Assembly: GCF_004010195.1 (NCBI RefSeq) | Contig: NC_057719.1 | Location: 10,543,466-10,607,465 of the forward strand | From: Chiloscyllium plagiosum | Taxonomy: Eukaryota | DNA length: 64,000 bases | Direction of reading: 5' to 3' | In this document: positions 27,865 to 41,977 of the stretch, one piece after another | How positions within the stretch are numbered: the stretch's first letter is position 1 | How the letters are laid out: the number at the start of each line of letters is the position of its first letter | Position numbers and translations under genes: made by a program | Notes under the pieces: generated by a model | What the model was told of the DNA's origin: nothing | The model's database searches: none | Seen by the model: the letters and a program-made list of their open reading frames with translations, nothing else

Positions 27865-29493
27865 CTACTTTGTGCTCCGATGGCACATGATTTTAGAATG
27901 GTTTCATCTTATGGTCTTATCTTAAAGCATTTCATATATTGCAGTGCATTGATGGAGAACAGCCAACGGGATCCTTGCGGACTCCTCCAAATTGCAAGCA
28001 CTCACCCCCACCACCCACAACCGCACTCCCCACCTCCCCCACATCCCCCTACAACCCACCCCCCCACCCCATGTCTACCTCCCATACTCCCGACTCTGTG
28101 GCAACTCCCCAAATTCCAGGCCAAGGAGAGATTTCTTGAATCAAAGGGTGTTGTAAATCTTTGAGTCAAGCATGCTCAATCAAAGCAGATAGTCAAGGCA
28201 GAATTTGATGGATCTTTGGAGAGCAGAAGTGGAATGGATGGCAAATGTTAGAGCGGCAAAGTGGGATCAAAGTGTAAGATATTACAAAATGGCAGGTCGG
28301 ATACAGAGTGCCTTTGTGCCTAATCCTGTTTTCTTACAATCTTAAGAAACCTAGCAGAATGTTAGGTCATGTTACTTGAATTTACAGCCAGCTATCAAAC
28401 CTATTAGCTTTTCTAGCTGCCCGATCCCAACTCTCCAAAGCGATTGCCCTTAAGGAAGCTGACAGTGGGGAATGTCTGGACATTGTTTTTAAAATTTTGT
28501 TTTGCACAGCAACAGTAAGTCTGTCATTTTATTGTATTGTTTTCACAGTTCCTTCTTTGAGTCATTCTTATTTTAACCTCATTGTATTTTCTGTTGATTT
28601 GACACATTTTGTGGTTTAAGTATGAGTCTTATTAAAAATTTTAAAAAGCTTCCCAATGGTAGGTTCTGGAGCATACTGTTCCTGATGTGCGTGAATGATG
28701 GCACAATGAGATGTAAGAGCAATTTTGAATCACTGAAGAAAGGAAATTTTGCAGTATGCTTTCTTCAGGCTCTGATTGCTTTCACTGACTTCAGCCATGA
28801 GACTTTCTCCAATGAGATTGGAAAGAGTAAGAAATATGGTATCAGCAAATTGAAGATGATTCCAGGTCTACACACCCATTTGGGAGGTTCCAAGCCATGT
28901 CATGTATGTGCTTGAACCTTCCTCGATCTGTTTTGTTTAAACGAGGGAAAATTATCAAAGAGAGGTGGAAAATTGTTTATTTTCCACTTCCCAGCAGTCA
29001 AGATGCAGGGTGGTATCTCACTCCCAGAATCTCAGCCCTATCCCAAGTGTTTGCAAACCAATGTTTTGAACTAAGCAGAATGGCTGAGCCTATGAAATTT
29101 GCCAGCCTGCCTCTTTGCTTCTGTGTCATTTTTCTCACTGTCACTATGACTTCACTTTAAACAGTGGAAATCATATGGTACTGAAATGAGAGGTGAGGGG
29201 ACCTGCCACTCAGTCCCAAGGTGGGGTGGTGGGGGGGCAATAGCCTGATGGCATTATCACTTGATTATTAATCCAGAAACTCAACTGATGCCATGGGGAC
29301 ACGGGGTCAAATCCCTCCATGGTCGAATTTGAATTCAATTTTTTTTAAAATGCTGGAATTAAGAATCTAATGATGATGATATAGCTATTGTCAATTGTTA
29401 GAGAAGTGCGTCTGGTTCACTAATGGCTTTCAGAGAAGGAAATCTGTCTTCCTTACCTGTGTGATGATGTTGCTCTTTAACAAGGTTGTGCTG

Positions 29494-31456
29494 TCATAGA
29501 GTCACAGAGTCATAGAGATGTACAGCACGGAAACAGACCCTTTGGTCCACCCTGCCCATGCCGACCAGATATCCCAACCCAATCTAGTCCCACCTGCCAG
29601 CACCCGGCCCATACCCCTCCAAACTGTTCCTATTCACACACCCATCCAAATGCCTCTTAAATGTTGCAAATGTACCAGCCTCTACCACATCCTCTGGCAG
29701 CTCATTCCACAGACGTACCACCTTCTGTGAGAAAACGTTGCCCTTTAGGTCTCTTTTATATCTTTGCCCTCTCACCCTAAACCTATGCCCTCTAGTTCTG
29801 GACTCCACGATCCCAGGGAAAAGACTTTGTCTATTTATCCTATCCATGCTCCTCATAATTTTGTAAAACTCCATAAGGTCACCCCTCAGCCTCTGAAGCT
29901 CCAGGGAAAACAGCCCCAGCCTGTTCAGCCTCTCCCTGTAGCTCAAATCCTCCAACCCTGGCAACATCATTGTAAATCTTTTCTGAACCCTTTCAAGTTT
30001 CACAACATCCAAGTTTCACAATATTCCAACAGTGGCCTAACCAATATCCTGTACAGCCACAACATGACCTCCCAACACCTGTACTCAATACTCTGACCAA
30101 TAAAGGAAAGCATACCAAATGCCTTCTTCACTATCCTATCTACCTGCAACTCCACTTTCAAGGAGCTATGAACCTGCACTCCAAGGTCTCTTTGTTCAGC
30201 AACACTCCCTAGGATCTTACCATTAAGTGTATAAGTCCTGCTAAGATTTGAAATGTAGCACCTCGCATTTATCTGAATTAACCTCCATCTGCCACTTCTC
30301 AGCCCATTGGCCCGTCTGGTCCAGATCCTGTTGTAATCTGAGGTAACCCTCTTCGCTGTNNNNNNNNNNNNNNNNNNNNNNNNNNNNNNNNNNNNNNNNN
30401 NNNNNNNNNNNNNNNNNNNNNNNNNNNNNNNNNNNNNNNNNNNNNNNNNNNNNNNNNNNNNNNNNNNNNNNNNNNNNNNNNNNNNNNNNNNNNNNNNNNN
30501 NNNNNNNNNNNNNNNNNNNNNNNNNNNNNNNNNNNNNNNNNNNNNNNNNNNNNNNNNNNNNNNNNNNNNNNNNNNNNNNNNNNNNNNNNNNNNNNNNNNN
30601 NNNNNNNNNNNNNNNNNNNNNNNNNNNNNNNNNNNNNNNNNNNNNNNNNNNNNNNNNNNNNNNNNNNNNNNNNNNNNNNNNNNNNNNNNNNNNNNNNNNN
30701 NNNNNNNNNNNNNNNNNNNNNNNNNNNNNNNNNNNNNNNNNNNNNNNNNNNNNNNNNNNNNNNNNNNNNNNNNNNNNNNNNNNNNNNNNNNNNNNNNNNN
30801 NNNNNNNNNNNNNNNNNNNNNNNNNNNNNNNNNNNNNNNNNNNNNNNNNNNNNNNNNNNNNNNNNNNNNNNNNNNNNNNNNNNNNNNNNNNNNNNNNNNN
30901 NNNNNNNNNNNNNNNNNNNNNNNNNNNNNNNNNNNNNNNNNNNNNNNNNNNNNNNNNNNNNNNNNNNNNNNNNNNNNNNNNNNNNNNNNNNNNNNNNNNN
31001 NNNNNNNNNNNNNNNNNNNNNNNNNNNNNNNNNNNNNNNNNNNNNNNNNNNNNNNNNNNNNNNNNNNNNNNNNNNNNNNNNNNNNNNNNNNNNNNNNNNN
31101 NNNNNNNNNNNNNNNNNNNNNNNNNNNNNNNNNNNNNNNNNNNNNNNNNNNNNNNNNNNNNNNNNNNNNNNNNNNNNNTTCCCTTTCACCCTGACAGGAA
31201 TATACTTTTTCTGGATTCTTGTTATCTCATTTCTGAAGGCTTCCCATTTTCCAACCGTCCCTTTACTTGCGAACAACTGCCTCTAATCAGCTTTCGAAAG
31301 TTCTTGCCTAATACCGTCAAAAGTGGCCTTTCTCTAATTTAGCACTTCAACTTTTAGATCTATCCTTTTCCATCACTATTTTAAAACGAATAGAATTATG
31401 GTCGCTGGCCCCAAAGTGCTCCCCCACTGACACCTCAGTCACCTGCCCTGCCTTAT
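29494..31456 (-). mobile_element. CR1 LINE spanning the assembly gap
   Basis: ORF 29584-30012 LERVQKRFT...RLRGDL...RTRGHRF; CTATGACT tail. Confidence 0.9.
30360..31178. other. Assembly gap
   Basis: Run of N. Confidence 1.
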
Positions 31457-33419
31457 CCTTGGCTGTTTCTTTCCAGAGAAGTTGTAAAAGCAACAATTCC
31501 AAAAAGTCTCTGTTTGAAGGATTTTAGGGCTCGTTTGATTATAGCTAACAGGTATTGCCTCAGGTAAAAAGCTTTCAAATTAAAAAAAAATACTTGTGCA
31601 ATGAAATGGAAGTGGTCAGTTCTCCCTGCTCAGCTTTTCTCTGGTTTGGTTTGGTTTTAGCAGTATGGCTGTTCACTTAAAGCAGTCAGTCAGTGAGGCT
31701 GCTGATCCAAGAAACAGGCCCGTGGAAGAAGGTGTTCCATGCTGAATCCCTCTGCCATCTCTCTCTGTGTCTCCTGTAAGACCTTGTGTTTGGTTTTACC
31801 TTTTTTTGCCAAGGTGTGTTCATGGGGATTGCTGCAAGAATTTGGAACAGCATCATTAAGTTGGGATAGTCTGTTGCGTTTTCAGCTCAGTTAAGTTATT
31901 CTATATTCTGTTCTCCTTTGTGTTTCATTCAGTAATATTACAAATAAACTCTGTTTTGTTTAAATCTAAGTGATTGGGCCAGCTGTATCACTCCTGGAAT
32001 ATCTACTATGCACCTGCTTAAAACAATTAGGGTTAGGGTCTGGGTTACTTTCTTGGAATATTTTGAGGGGATCTGGCCTGGTCCATAACGCCTGGACTGG
32101 CCTACATGTGACTCCAGACCCACTGTAATGTGATTGATTCTAACTGCCCTCTGGGCAATAAACACTCATATCCTGTGAGTGAAGACAGGAACACAAAACT
32201 CTGTGTTACTCTGCAAAGTAGATGCAACTCACAATTCAATACCAATCCAACCAATCCATGTCCGCACAATAGCTTGGTCATTATTTTAACGGAGCTGATG
32301 CCTGATTTGAGTGGGAGGTGGTGCTGTAATGGTAATAACACTGGATTGGGAATCCAGAACCTCAAGAAAATGTCCTGGAGATAGGGGGGTGGGGAGACTA
32401 AAGTGAATAAAATTTAGAATTAAAAAGCTACCCTAATGGTAGCTATTGTTGTCAAAACCCGTCAGGTTGACTAATGGCCTTGAGGGCAAGAAAACTTTAA
32501 ATGGTCAGTGACACCAGACCCAAAGTCATGGGGTTGATTCTTCACTGCCCTCTGAAGTGGCCTCACTTAACAAGGACAATAGTAGTTGCCTTAGCTAGTG
32601 ACATCCAAATCCCAGAAACAATTCCTTTTAGGCCAGATGAGAATTAAAGGAGCACAGACAACCACTTCTGTGTGCAGGCGTCCAGCTAAAAGCTAGTTTT
32701 GTCCTTTATAATTTGGATAGCGTTGCATTGAGTGGAGGAGGGAATTGCAAGACCATAAGAAATCGAAGCAAGAGTCACCATTCAGCCTGTTGAGATTGCA
32801 ACACCATTCAATTATTTCAGATTTCCAGCACCACAGTATTTTCCCTTCGTTATTATACTAGTACTCGAAGAAAGCTCACCAATACCCTCTCGAGGGAAAG
32901 TATGAATGAGCAACAACTGTTCACCTTACCAGCAACACCACATTCACCAGAATGTGCAATGGGCACTATGCTGTGTGCAATAACCGACTTAAACATTTCG
33001 CAAATGTGTATATCACTCCTCTGTCTCTCATTCGCTGGGTCACGGACATTACAAAAAAACAACTTTGTAACCAAAGGTCACTCGCCTTAGTTGGCACACA
33101 TTACATCATCCACTGAGAGAACATAAGGGGGTCTGATTCTGATGAAATTTCACAGTGGATTACAAACCCATTATGAACACTGGCAGGTTATCATTGTACA
33201 ACAATTACAGTTGATGTAAACCGAGAGAACTGGACAAATATGATTAATGATCAGTGGGTCAGAAGAATCTAGGTTTAGATTAAATGTTGGTTTCATTATT
33301 TGGTTTTCCAGATTGCTGTAAAGGGAATGAGTTTTGGAAAGTTGGCTGGCTATCCTGTGTTCGCATGCCAGTGGGTCAAGATTCCTGCCCAAAGTAGGTA
33401 GCAATGAATGAAACTTTCA

Positions 33420-33632
33420 AAGTGCCACAAGCATGATGTGGCTATGTATCAAGGTGTGTCTGTACATCTGATTGGGTTCAGTGTGTGTCTGTATCTCGAT
33501 GTGGGTTTATATCCATATGTGTACCTGTCTGGGTTAATGTATACAGATGTATGTGTGCTTAGTTGTCGGAATGCATTTTGTGTGTACGTGATATGTGTAT
33601 ATGGTGTGTCTAGCATGTATCTGAGTGTGTGC
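33420..33632. repeat. Degenerate TG/TA-rich low-complexity tract, continuing at ~35975-36235
   Basis: gtgtgtgtctgtatctcgatgtgggt... composition on both sides of the CR1 nest. Confidence 0.7.
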
Positions 33633-33767
33633 AGATTTAGATTTTATTGTCACATATACTCGAGTACAGGAGCACAGTGAATAGTACACATGGCACCATC
33701 TCAGGTACAAAAAACCTTATGTACAATGTACTAAAAAAACAAAGTTAAAGTATGTTTGCTGTGTTTG

Positions 33768-35975
33768 GTTGTGTACATTTTGGAAAGGCAAATCAGGACA
33801 GGCCTTATACACTTGGTAAGGTCCTGGGCAGTATTGCTGAACAAAGAGAACTTAGAGTGCAGATTCATAGTTCCTTGAAAGTAGAGTCACAGGTAAATAG
33901 GATAGTGAAAAAGGTGTTTGGTATGCTTTCCTTTATTGTTCAGTGCACTGAGTATAGGGGTTGGGAGGTCATGTTGCGGCTGTACAGGATATTAGTTAGA
34001 CCGCTTTTAGAATATTGTGTACAATTCTGGCCTCCATTCTATTCGAAGGATGTTGTGAAATTTGAAAGTGTTCAGAAAAAGATTTACAAGGATGTTGCTG
34101 GGTTGGAGAGTTTTAGCTATAGGGAGAGGCTGAATGGGCTGGGGCTGTTTTCCCTGGAGTATCGGAGGTTGAGGCGTGACCTTATAGAGGTTTATAAAAT
34201 CATGAGGGGCATGGATAGGGCAAACAGACAAGGTCTTTTCCCTGGGGTAGGGGAGTCCAGGACTAGAGGGCATAGATTTAGGGTGAGAGGGGAAAGATAT
34301 AAAAGAGACCTAAGGGGCAACTTTTTCACACAGAGCATGGTGTGTGTTTGGAATGAGCTGCCAGAGGAAGTAGCAGAGGCTGGAACAATTGCAATATTTA
34401 AAGGTTAAAAATCACACAGCACCAGGTTATCGGCCAAAAGGCTTATTTCGAAGGGGCAACTTTTTCATGCAGAGGGTGGTATGTGTATGGAATGAACTTC
34501 CAGAGGAAGTGGTGGAGGTGAGTATAATTGCAACATTTAACACCATAAGACCATAAGACATAGGAGTGAGTGTAAGGCCATTTGGCCCATCGAGTCCACT
34601 CCGCCATTCAATCATGGCTGATGGACATTTCAACTTATCTGCACTCTTCCCGTATCCCTTAATTTGTTGCTGAGATTAAGAATTTATCAATCTCTGCCTT
34701 GAAGACATTTAACGTCCCGGCCTCCACTGCACTCCATGGCAATGAATTCCATAGGCCCGCCGCTCTCTGGCTGAAGAAATGTCTCCTCATTTCCATTCTG
34801 AATTGACCCCACTAATTCTCAGGCTATGGCCTTGGGTCCTACTATCCCCGCTTGATGGAAACAAATTCCCACCATCCACTCTTTCTAAGCCATGCATTAT
34901 CTTGTAAGTTTCTATTAGATCTCCCCTCAACCTTCTGAACTCTAGTGAATACAATCCCAGGATCCTCAGCTGTTCATCATATGTTAGGCCTACCATTCCA
35001 GGGATCATCCGTGTGAATCTCCACTGGACATACTCCAGTGCCAGTATGTCCTTCCTGAGGTGTGGGGTCCAAAACTGGATACAATATTCTAAATGGGGCC
35101 TAACCAGAGCTTTATAAAATCTCAGTAGTACATCGCTTCTTTTACATTCTAACCTTCTTGAGATAAATGACAACATTACATTTGCTTTGTTAACCATAGA
35201 CGCAACCTGCAAGACAGCCTTTACAGAATTCTGGACGAGCGATCCCAGATCCCTTTGTACATTGGCTTTATGAATTTTCTCACCGTTTAGAAAATAGTCC
35301 ATGCCTGTATTCTTTTTTCCGAGGTGCAAGACATTGCATTTGCTCACATTGAATTTCATCAGCCATTTCCTGGACCACTCTCTTAAACTGTCTAAATCTT
35401 TCTGCAGCCTCCCCACCTCCTCAGAACTACCTGCCTGTCCACCTAACTTCGTACCATCGGCAAACTTCGCCAGAATGCCCCCAGTCCCTTCATCCAGAAC
35501 ATTAATATATAAAGTGAACTTCATTTAAAAGGCATCTGTATGGATATATGAGTAGGAAGGGTTTGGAGGGATGTGGGCCAGGTGTTGACAAGTGGGACTA
35601 GATTGGGTTGGGCTATCTGGTCGGCATGGATGCGTTGGACCGAAGGGTCTGTTTCTGTGCTGTATATCTCTATGACTGTATGACTCTACTGGCTACCTAA
35701 TGAAGGAGCAGCGCTCTGAATGCTAGTACTTCCAAATAAACCTGTTGGACTATAACCTGGTGTTGTGTGATTTTTAACTTTGTCCACCCTAGTCCAACAC
35801 CAGCACCTCCACTTCATTTAAAAGACACCTGGATGGGTATATGAATAGCAAAGGTTCAGAGGGAAATGAGCCAAGTGCTGGCAAATGGGATTAGATTAAT
35901 TTAGGATATCTGGTCTGCATGGACAAGTTGGGTTAGTTTCTGTGCTGTATATCTCTATGACTCTTTAACTCTATA
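33768..35975 (+). mobile_element. Nested CR1 / PLE-terminus / CR1 / CR1 cluster
   Basis: ORF 33752-34408 (CR1 RT C-terminus); inner minus CR1 34541-35521 (ORF 34787-35524, KFADGTK); duplicated CR1 3' segments. Confidence 0.85.
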
Positions 35976-36984
35976 TGTATCACGTGTTTATCTAAATGCA
36001 CTGTGCGTCTCTGTGCTTGGTTGTGGATGTGAGTCTGTGGAGGCTTTTAGGTTGTAATGAAGTGTGTTCAATGTGTATGTGCTGGTATGTTGAGGGTGCG
36101 TTTCTTAATGTGACTGATGTCTCAGTGGAAAGTGTGTTTGTAGATATGCATGTGTTACTATGTATGTATGTAAGTGTGGGTACTCATGTATATATATAGT
36201 ACACGTGGGCGTATCTACGTATGTGCCTGTATAAGCAGATGCAAAGTATTTCCATTGTTATTATAAATGAGGTATTCTAAAGGAGACAACACTAAACATA
36301 GATCTTGCTGAAACAGCGTGAAGAAAAATAAAAACATTGGTCCTGACCATACTGCTTTCAAAATAGCACTACGTTTATTTACCTGCTGCTATGAAACTGT
36401 CCAACAGAAGAAACAGGGTGGTTCCTGACAGCACCATTAACATATGAATCCATCAATACAGCGGTTCAAGAAGGCAGCTCACCACCACCCTCTGAAGGGC
36501 AATTAGGGACAGACAATAAATGCTGGCTCAGCTAGGGACGTCCAAATCCCATGAGTGGTGAGAAAATAAATGAAATCATTCCTGCACCTGAATTAGCAAA
36601 ATAAATGCAACAATTTGTACAATGTACTAAAAAAACAAAGTTAAAGTATGTTTGCTGTGTTTGGTTGTGTACATTTTGGAAAGGCAAATCAGGGCTCTTT
36701 GACTATTAATCCCGAAACGCAGGTAATGTTCTGAGGTTCGAATCTCACCACCGCAGATAATTGAATTCAATAAAATATGCTTGAAATTAAAAATCTAATG
36801 ATAACTGTGGTTTCATGGTCGATTGTAGGAAACATCCATCAGGTTCATTAATGATGCCACCCGGTCTGATCTACATGTGACTGCAGCACCACATGAATGT
36901 GCTTGACTCTCAGCTGCCCTCTGAAATGGCTTGGTCCTCAGATTGTATCAATCGCTATGAAATCCCAAGAAAGAAATGAAACTG

Positions 36985-38200
36985 GATGGACAGCTTGAAT
37001 GTGGAAAATTGCTCAGGTATGTTCTGTATACAAAAAGCAGAACAAACCCAACCTGACCAATTAACATTCCCGTCAGTATATCCTTGATCATCAATAAAGT
37101 GATGGAAGGGGTCATCAACACTTTACCGTGGGCGGCACGGTAGCACAGTGGTTAGCACTGCTGCTTCACAGCGCCAGAGACTCGGGTTGTGAGGCCCGGT
37201 TTGGGTTCCGCCAGGACCATTCACCTCCTTACCTCGTTACAGCCTTGGTTCAAATCTAGACAAAACAGCGGACCTCCAGAGGCAAGGTGAGAGTGACAGC
37301 TCTTGACATCAACACTGCATTTGACCAGGTGTGGCATCAAGGAGCCCAAGCAAAACTGGGAATGGGGTTGTTGGAGGTCAGTCATCTCGGCTCCAGACAT
37401 CTCTGCAGGTGTGTCTGAGGCCCACCGATCTTCAGCTCCTTCATCAATGACCTACCCTCCTTCATAAAGTTTGAAGGGAAGATGTTGCTGATGATTGCAC
37501 AATGTTCAGCACCATTCACGACTCCTCAGGCACTGATGCAGTCCATGCTCAACTGCAATATCTGGACAATATCCATACTTGGACTGACAAGTGGCAAGTA
37601 ATATTTGCTCCACACAATTGCCAGGCAATTATCATCTCCAGTAAGAGACAATCAAACCATTGCCCTTGACATTCAATGGTATAACCGTCGCTGAATCTCC
37701 CACTGTCAATATCCTTGGAGTTTCCACTGACCAGAAACACAACTGGACTTGCCACATAACACAGTGACTACAACAGCAGATGCTAGAAATGCTGGCACCG
37801 CATCCACAATCATCCATTCCCTGCACTATTGATGCTCAGTAGCCGCAGTGTGTACCATCTACAAGATGCACTGCAGAAATTCACCAAAGATCCTTAGACA
37901 GCACCTCCCAAACCCACGATCACTTCCATCCAGAAGGACAAGGGCAGTAAAAACATGGGAATGCCACCACCTTCAGTTCCCCTCCAAGTCATTCACCATC
38001 CTGACTAGGAAATATATCGCTGCTCCTTCATTGTCACTGGAATTCTGGAATTCCCTCCCAAAGTGCATTGTGGGTCAGCCTACAGCACATGGACTGCAAC
38101 CGTTCAAGAAGGCAGCTCATCACCACCTTCTCAAGGGCAACTAGGGATGGGCAATCAATACTATCCCAGGCAGCAATGCCCACATCCCATAAGTGAATAA
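36985..38200 (+). mobile_element. CR1/L2-clade LINE RT and 3' end, degenerate; HE1 head at 37127-37187
   Basis: ALDINTAFDQVWHQG, FINDLP and ADD motifs; aaggcagctcatcaccaccttctcaagggc tail. Confidence 0.8.
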
Positions 38201-40075
38201 GATGACAAAGTAAAACCTCTGTCTAACACATTAAAACAAAGTGATGGGGAAGGATTCAGAATGGTTAACACAAACTTTAACAATACAAAAAACTGGGGAG
38301 ACCATGGTGTGGTGTTTCTGTAACTTGAGTAGTAATGTGAACATGCAGGCAAATACTCTGAGCCCATGTGCTCAAGATAGATCCAGGCAGCTGGTGGTAT
38401 TAGACACCAATTAATAACTCAGAAACATAAAGCCAGTCTCAGTAATCCTGAAACAGTTACCGATTGTTGTAAAAACCCATCTGGATTACAAATTTTTTTT
38501 GGAAGGAAATCTAGAAATCTACCTGGACTGGCCTACATGTGACTCCAACCCGTGTGGTTCACTGTTACCTCTCCTTTTGAAATGGTCCAGCAAGATGCCA
38601 ACTTTACAGGCATTTAAATGGTCATTGGAAAAGTATATGGACGAGATTGGAATAGTGTAGGTTAGATGGGCTTCAGATTGATTTCACAGGGCAGAGCAAC
38701 ATCGAGGGCCGAAGGGCCTGTACTGCGCTGTAATATTCTATGTTCTAAGACATTCAGTTGTTCAAGAGTTATTAGGGACAGGCAATAAATGTTGATTTTG
38801 CCAGTGACATCCATAAGACTGGGAACAGTTGGAATTACTGAGTTAAAATGAAACCTACATGTGTCAGAAATAGATGATCCTTAATGCAAATACATTTCTG
38901 ATAAAGTGTATAGACAAATGTACATGTATAGAGATGTAAGATTAAATAATTGGGCAGCTAGCAAAACTGAAGTCCATGGGATGATAGTGGTAGTAGCAAA
39001 TTGGTCTCCCATATGTGCTGTCAGATAATAATCCATCTCTTTGGGCACTGGCACCAGTACAAGAAGGCTGTACCATTAGGACAGTCTATATTTGAATGCT
39101 GCTGGGGCCAATGTTCTTGTGAAGCACATAATAAGGGATGTAGGGAGGGTGTTAAACTAAATAGTGAGGGTAAGGGCTCAAAGGTGGAAAGATTCAGGAC
39201 AAGATAATGGAGGGGAAAAGTGATATCAGAAATGAGGGTGAGAGAATGGTAGGAAGGGGAAGAGACAACAAATCTAAGAATGGACAAATAATCAAAGATA
39301 ACAAGAAGAGAAAATTAAATAAAGCTAAACAAAGAAGGGTACAGGTTGAATATGACATTAACGAATAGGAGGATTGATAAAGATGAAGGAGTAGCTCTGT
39401 TGATCAAAGATGGCATTTGCGAAATTGTTCGAAAGGGCTCTGCCTAAATTAGGAGATCAGGATGTAAAATAAGTTTGGATGGAGACGAGGAATAGAACTG
39501 GAAAGAAATTGCGTCCATCTCCGGTGACTACAATGAAGGACAAAGCGTACAAGAAGAAATATTGTGACAAAGAAGTGGCAATAATATTGGGTGACTTTAA
39601 TCTACATGTAAACTGGAAAATTTTAATCCGTAGTCATTGCCTGGTTGAATTCAAAGAATGTTTTGATGATCATTTCTGAAAGCTCTTTTGGAACCAACCA
39701 GGGAGCAGGTAACATTAGACTTGATATTGTGTAAAGGGACGGAGTAATCAATGACCTCAGAGGAAAGGCACCTCTCAATAGCAGTGACCACAATGTTATC
39801 AACTTGTACATTCAGTTTGAAAGAGGGAAGATTGAGTGTAAGATTAGTGTGACGAAAGGTGTGCAGTTGAAACTATTACAGTTTTTGGAATCTGGATTGT
39901 TTTTGGAAAGAGAGAAAATTGATGGGTGGAAAAGGTAAGGTCAGGAATCATTTTGGAACAGTGACCTAAATCCAACAATGCTCAGAAGTTATGTGACTGT
40001 AGACCTCTGTGGTGTTAATGGAAAGATATTTATGAATTTGAGTTTTATCACTGGTAGTGTCAATGCACTAAGTTC

Positions 40076-40376
40076 ATTAGATTTAGATTAGATTGCTTAC
40101 AGTGTGGAAACAGACCCTTCAGCCCAACAAGTCCACACTGACCCTCCAAAGAGCAACCCACCCAGACTCATTCCCCTACATTTACCCCTTCACCTAACAC
40201 TACGGGTAATTTAGCATGGCCAATTCACCTAACCTGCACATTTTTGGACTGTGGGAGGAAACCCACGCAGACACAGGGGGAATGTGCAAACTCCACCCAG
40301 ACAGTTGCCTGAGGCAGGAATTCAACCCGGGTCTCTGGCGCTGTGAGGCAGTAGTGCTAACCACTGTGCCACCGTG
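40076..40376 (-). mobile_element. HE1-type SINE
   Basis: (TTAGA)n tail, gtgcaaactcc core, gtgctaaccactgtgccaccgtg head. Confidence 0.88.
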
Positions 40377-40871
40377 CAGTTCAGTTAGGAAAACACCAGA
40401 ATTGGCTTCTGAAGCAAGTTTTAATATCTCTCCGAGTAGCAGTTTTTTCAATTCAGCTTAAGGGAAGCCAGTAAACCAAACAGAAATGTTTAATTTATGA
40501 TGATTCCAGGTGAGGAGAGATTGCATCAAAGTGTGAAAGTTATTGGATCAGAAAGATCACCCTGTTAACTTTCATTCTGGGATGTGGCCTGACCAGGAGC
40601 AGTATCAGGTGGATTTGTCAAGTCAGTATTTCAAACCTAAATTAGGGAAACTATATGGACATGAAAGTGGAGCTTGCTGAAGTGAATTGACATGCTAGAC
40701 TAAGGGGTGGATCAATTGAGACACAGTGGTAGACATTTAAGGTGATATTTCAGAATAATTAGAAGTATATTCCAATTATAAATAAAAAATCTAAATTCAA
40801 AGTTTGGGAGAAGATTTGTAGCTCGGGTGCTCGTTGTTGTGGTTCTGTTCGCCGAGCTGGGAATTTGTGTT

Positions 40872-40911
40872 GCAGACGTTTCGTCCCCTGTCTAGGTGAC
40901 ATCCTCAGTGC
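40872..40911 (-). ncRNA. Minimal type I hammerhead ribozyme motif (Poseidon terminus)
   Basis: GCA CUGAGGA U GUC-ACCUAGACAGGG-GAC GAAA CG UC^UGC; core intact. Confidence 0.7.
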
Positions 40912-41862
40912 TTGGGAGCCTCCTGTGAAGCGCTTCTGTGATCTTTCCTCCGGCATTTATAGTGGTTTGAATCTGCCGCTTCCGGTTGTCAGTTCCAGCT
41001 GTCCGCATATTGGTCGGTATATTGGGTCCAGGTCGATGTGCTTATTGATTGAATCTGTGGATGAGTGCCATGCCTCTAGGAATTCCCTGGCTGTTCTCTG
41101 TTTGGCTTGCGCTATAATAGTAGTGTCGTTCCAGTCATGTTGCTTGTCATCTGCGCGTGTGGCTACTAAGAATAGCTGGTCATGTCATTTCGTGGCTAGT
41201 TGGTGTTCAGGGATACAGATCATTAGCTGTCTTCCTCCTTGTCCTATGTAGTGTTTTGTGCAGTCCTTGGGATTTTGTACACTACCCAGCATAAGCAAAA
41301 CCAATGTAGTGGTTTAACTAAAGGTTAACTAAAAAAGTTAGTGATAGCATCAAGGGTAAATAACAAACATGTATCTGCAAATGTAACATTTGTATAAATA
41401 TCTTTCCATTAATACCAAAGGGGTCTACAGTCACATACTTTCTGAGCAATGTTAGATTTAGGTCACTCTCAAAATGATATGCTGACATTATTTTTGACCC
41501 ATAGAGAGTCATATAGGCAACCCAAAGGACTAGCCACACTACCATACATCAAGAGCATTTCCAAACTGACAGCCAGATTACTGCGAAAATTAGGACTCAT
41601 AGCAGCACACAAACCAACAGCCACTCTCAGACAACAACTCACCAGAACGAAGGACCCGATACCCAGCATGAGCAAAACCAATGTGGTGTACAAAATCCCA
41701 TGCAAGGACTGCACAAAACACTACATAGGACAAACAGGAAGACAGCTAACGATCCGCATCCATGAACGCGGACAGCTGGAACTGACAACCGGAAGCGGCA
41801 GATTCAAACCACTATAAATGCTGGAGGAAAGATCACAGAAGCGCTTCACAGGAGGCTCCCAA

Positions 41863-41902
41863 GCACTGAGGATGTCACCTAGACAGGGGACGAAACATCT
41901 GC
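41863..41902 (+). ncRNA. Hammerhead motif, second Poseidon arm (GAAACAUC variant)
   Basis: gcactgaggatgtc...gacgaaacatctgc. Confidence 0.55.
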
Positions 41903-41977
41903 AACACAAATTCCCAGCTCGGCGAACAGAACCACAACAATGAGCACCTGAGCTACAAATCTTCTCACAAACTTTGA

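Larger units (their letters stand above)
29460..32090 (+). mobile_element. Solo LTR with 4-bp TSD, inserted in a Deu-type SINE and itself interrupted by CR1
   Basis: cctg|tgtgatgatg...ccataacg|cctg; removing it restores the SINE motif ccttacctgg.ctggcctacatgtgactcc. Confidence 0.8.
40797..41977. mobile_element. Poseidon-type PLE as inverted arms (minus 40797-41285, plus ~41515-41977)
   Basis: GIY-YIG peptide NVVYKIPCKDCTKHYIGQTGRQLTIRIHE (ORF 41449-41817); ends tcaaagtttg.gagaag / cttctcacaaactttga. Confidence 0.9.

Noticed and set aside
30299..31276. 325-aa ORF
   Set aside because: Mostly N; the ends are CR1 sequence
37220..37233. tcacctcctta resembling the 16S rRNA 3' end
   Set aside because: Only 11 nt with no flanking rRNA similarity
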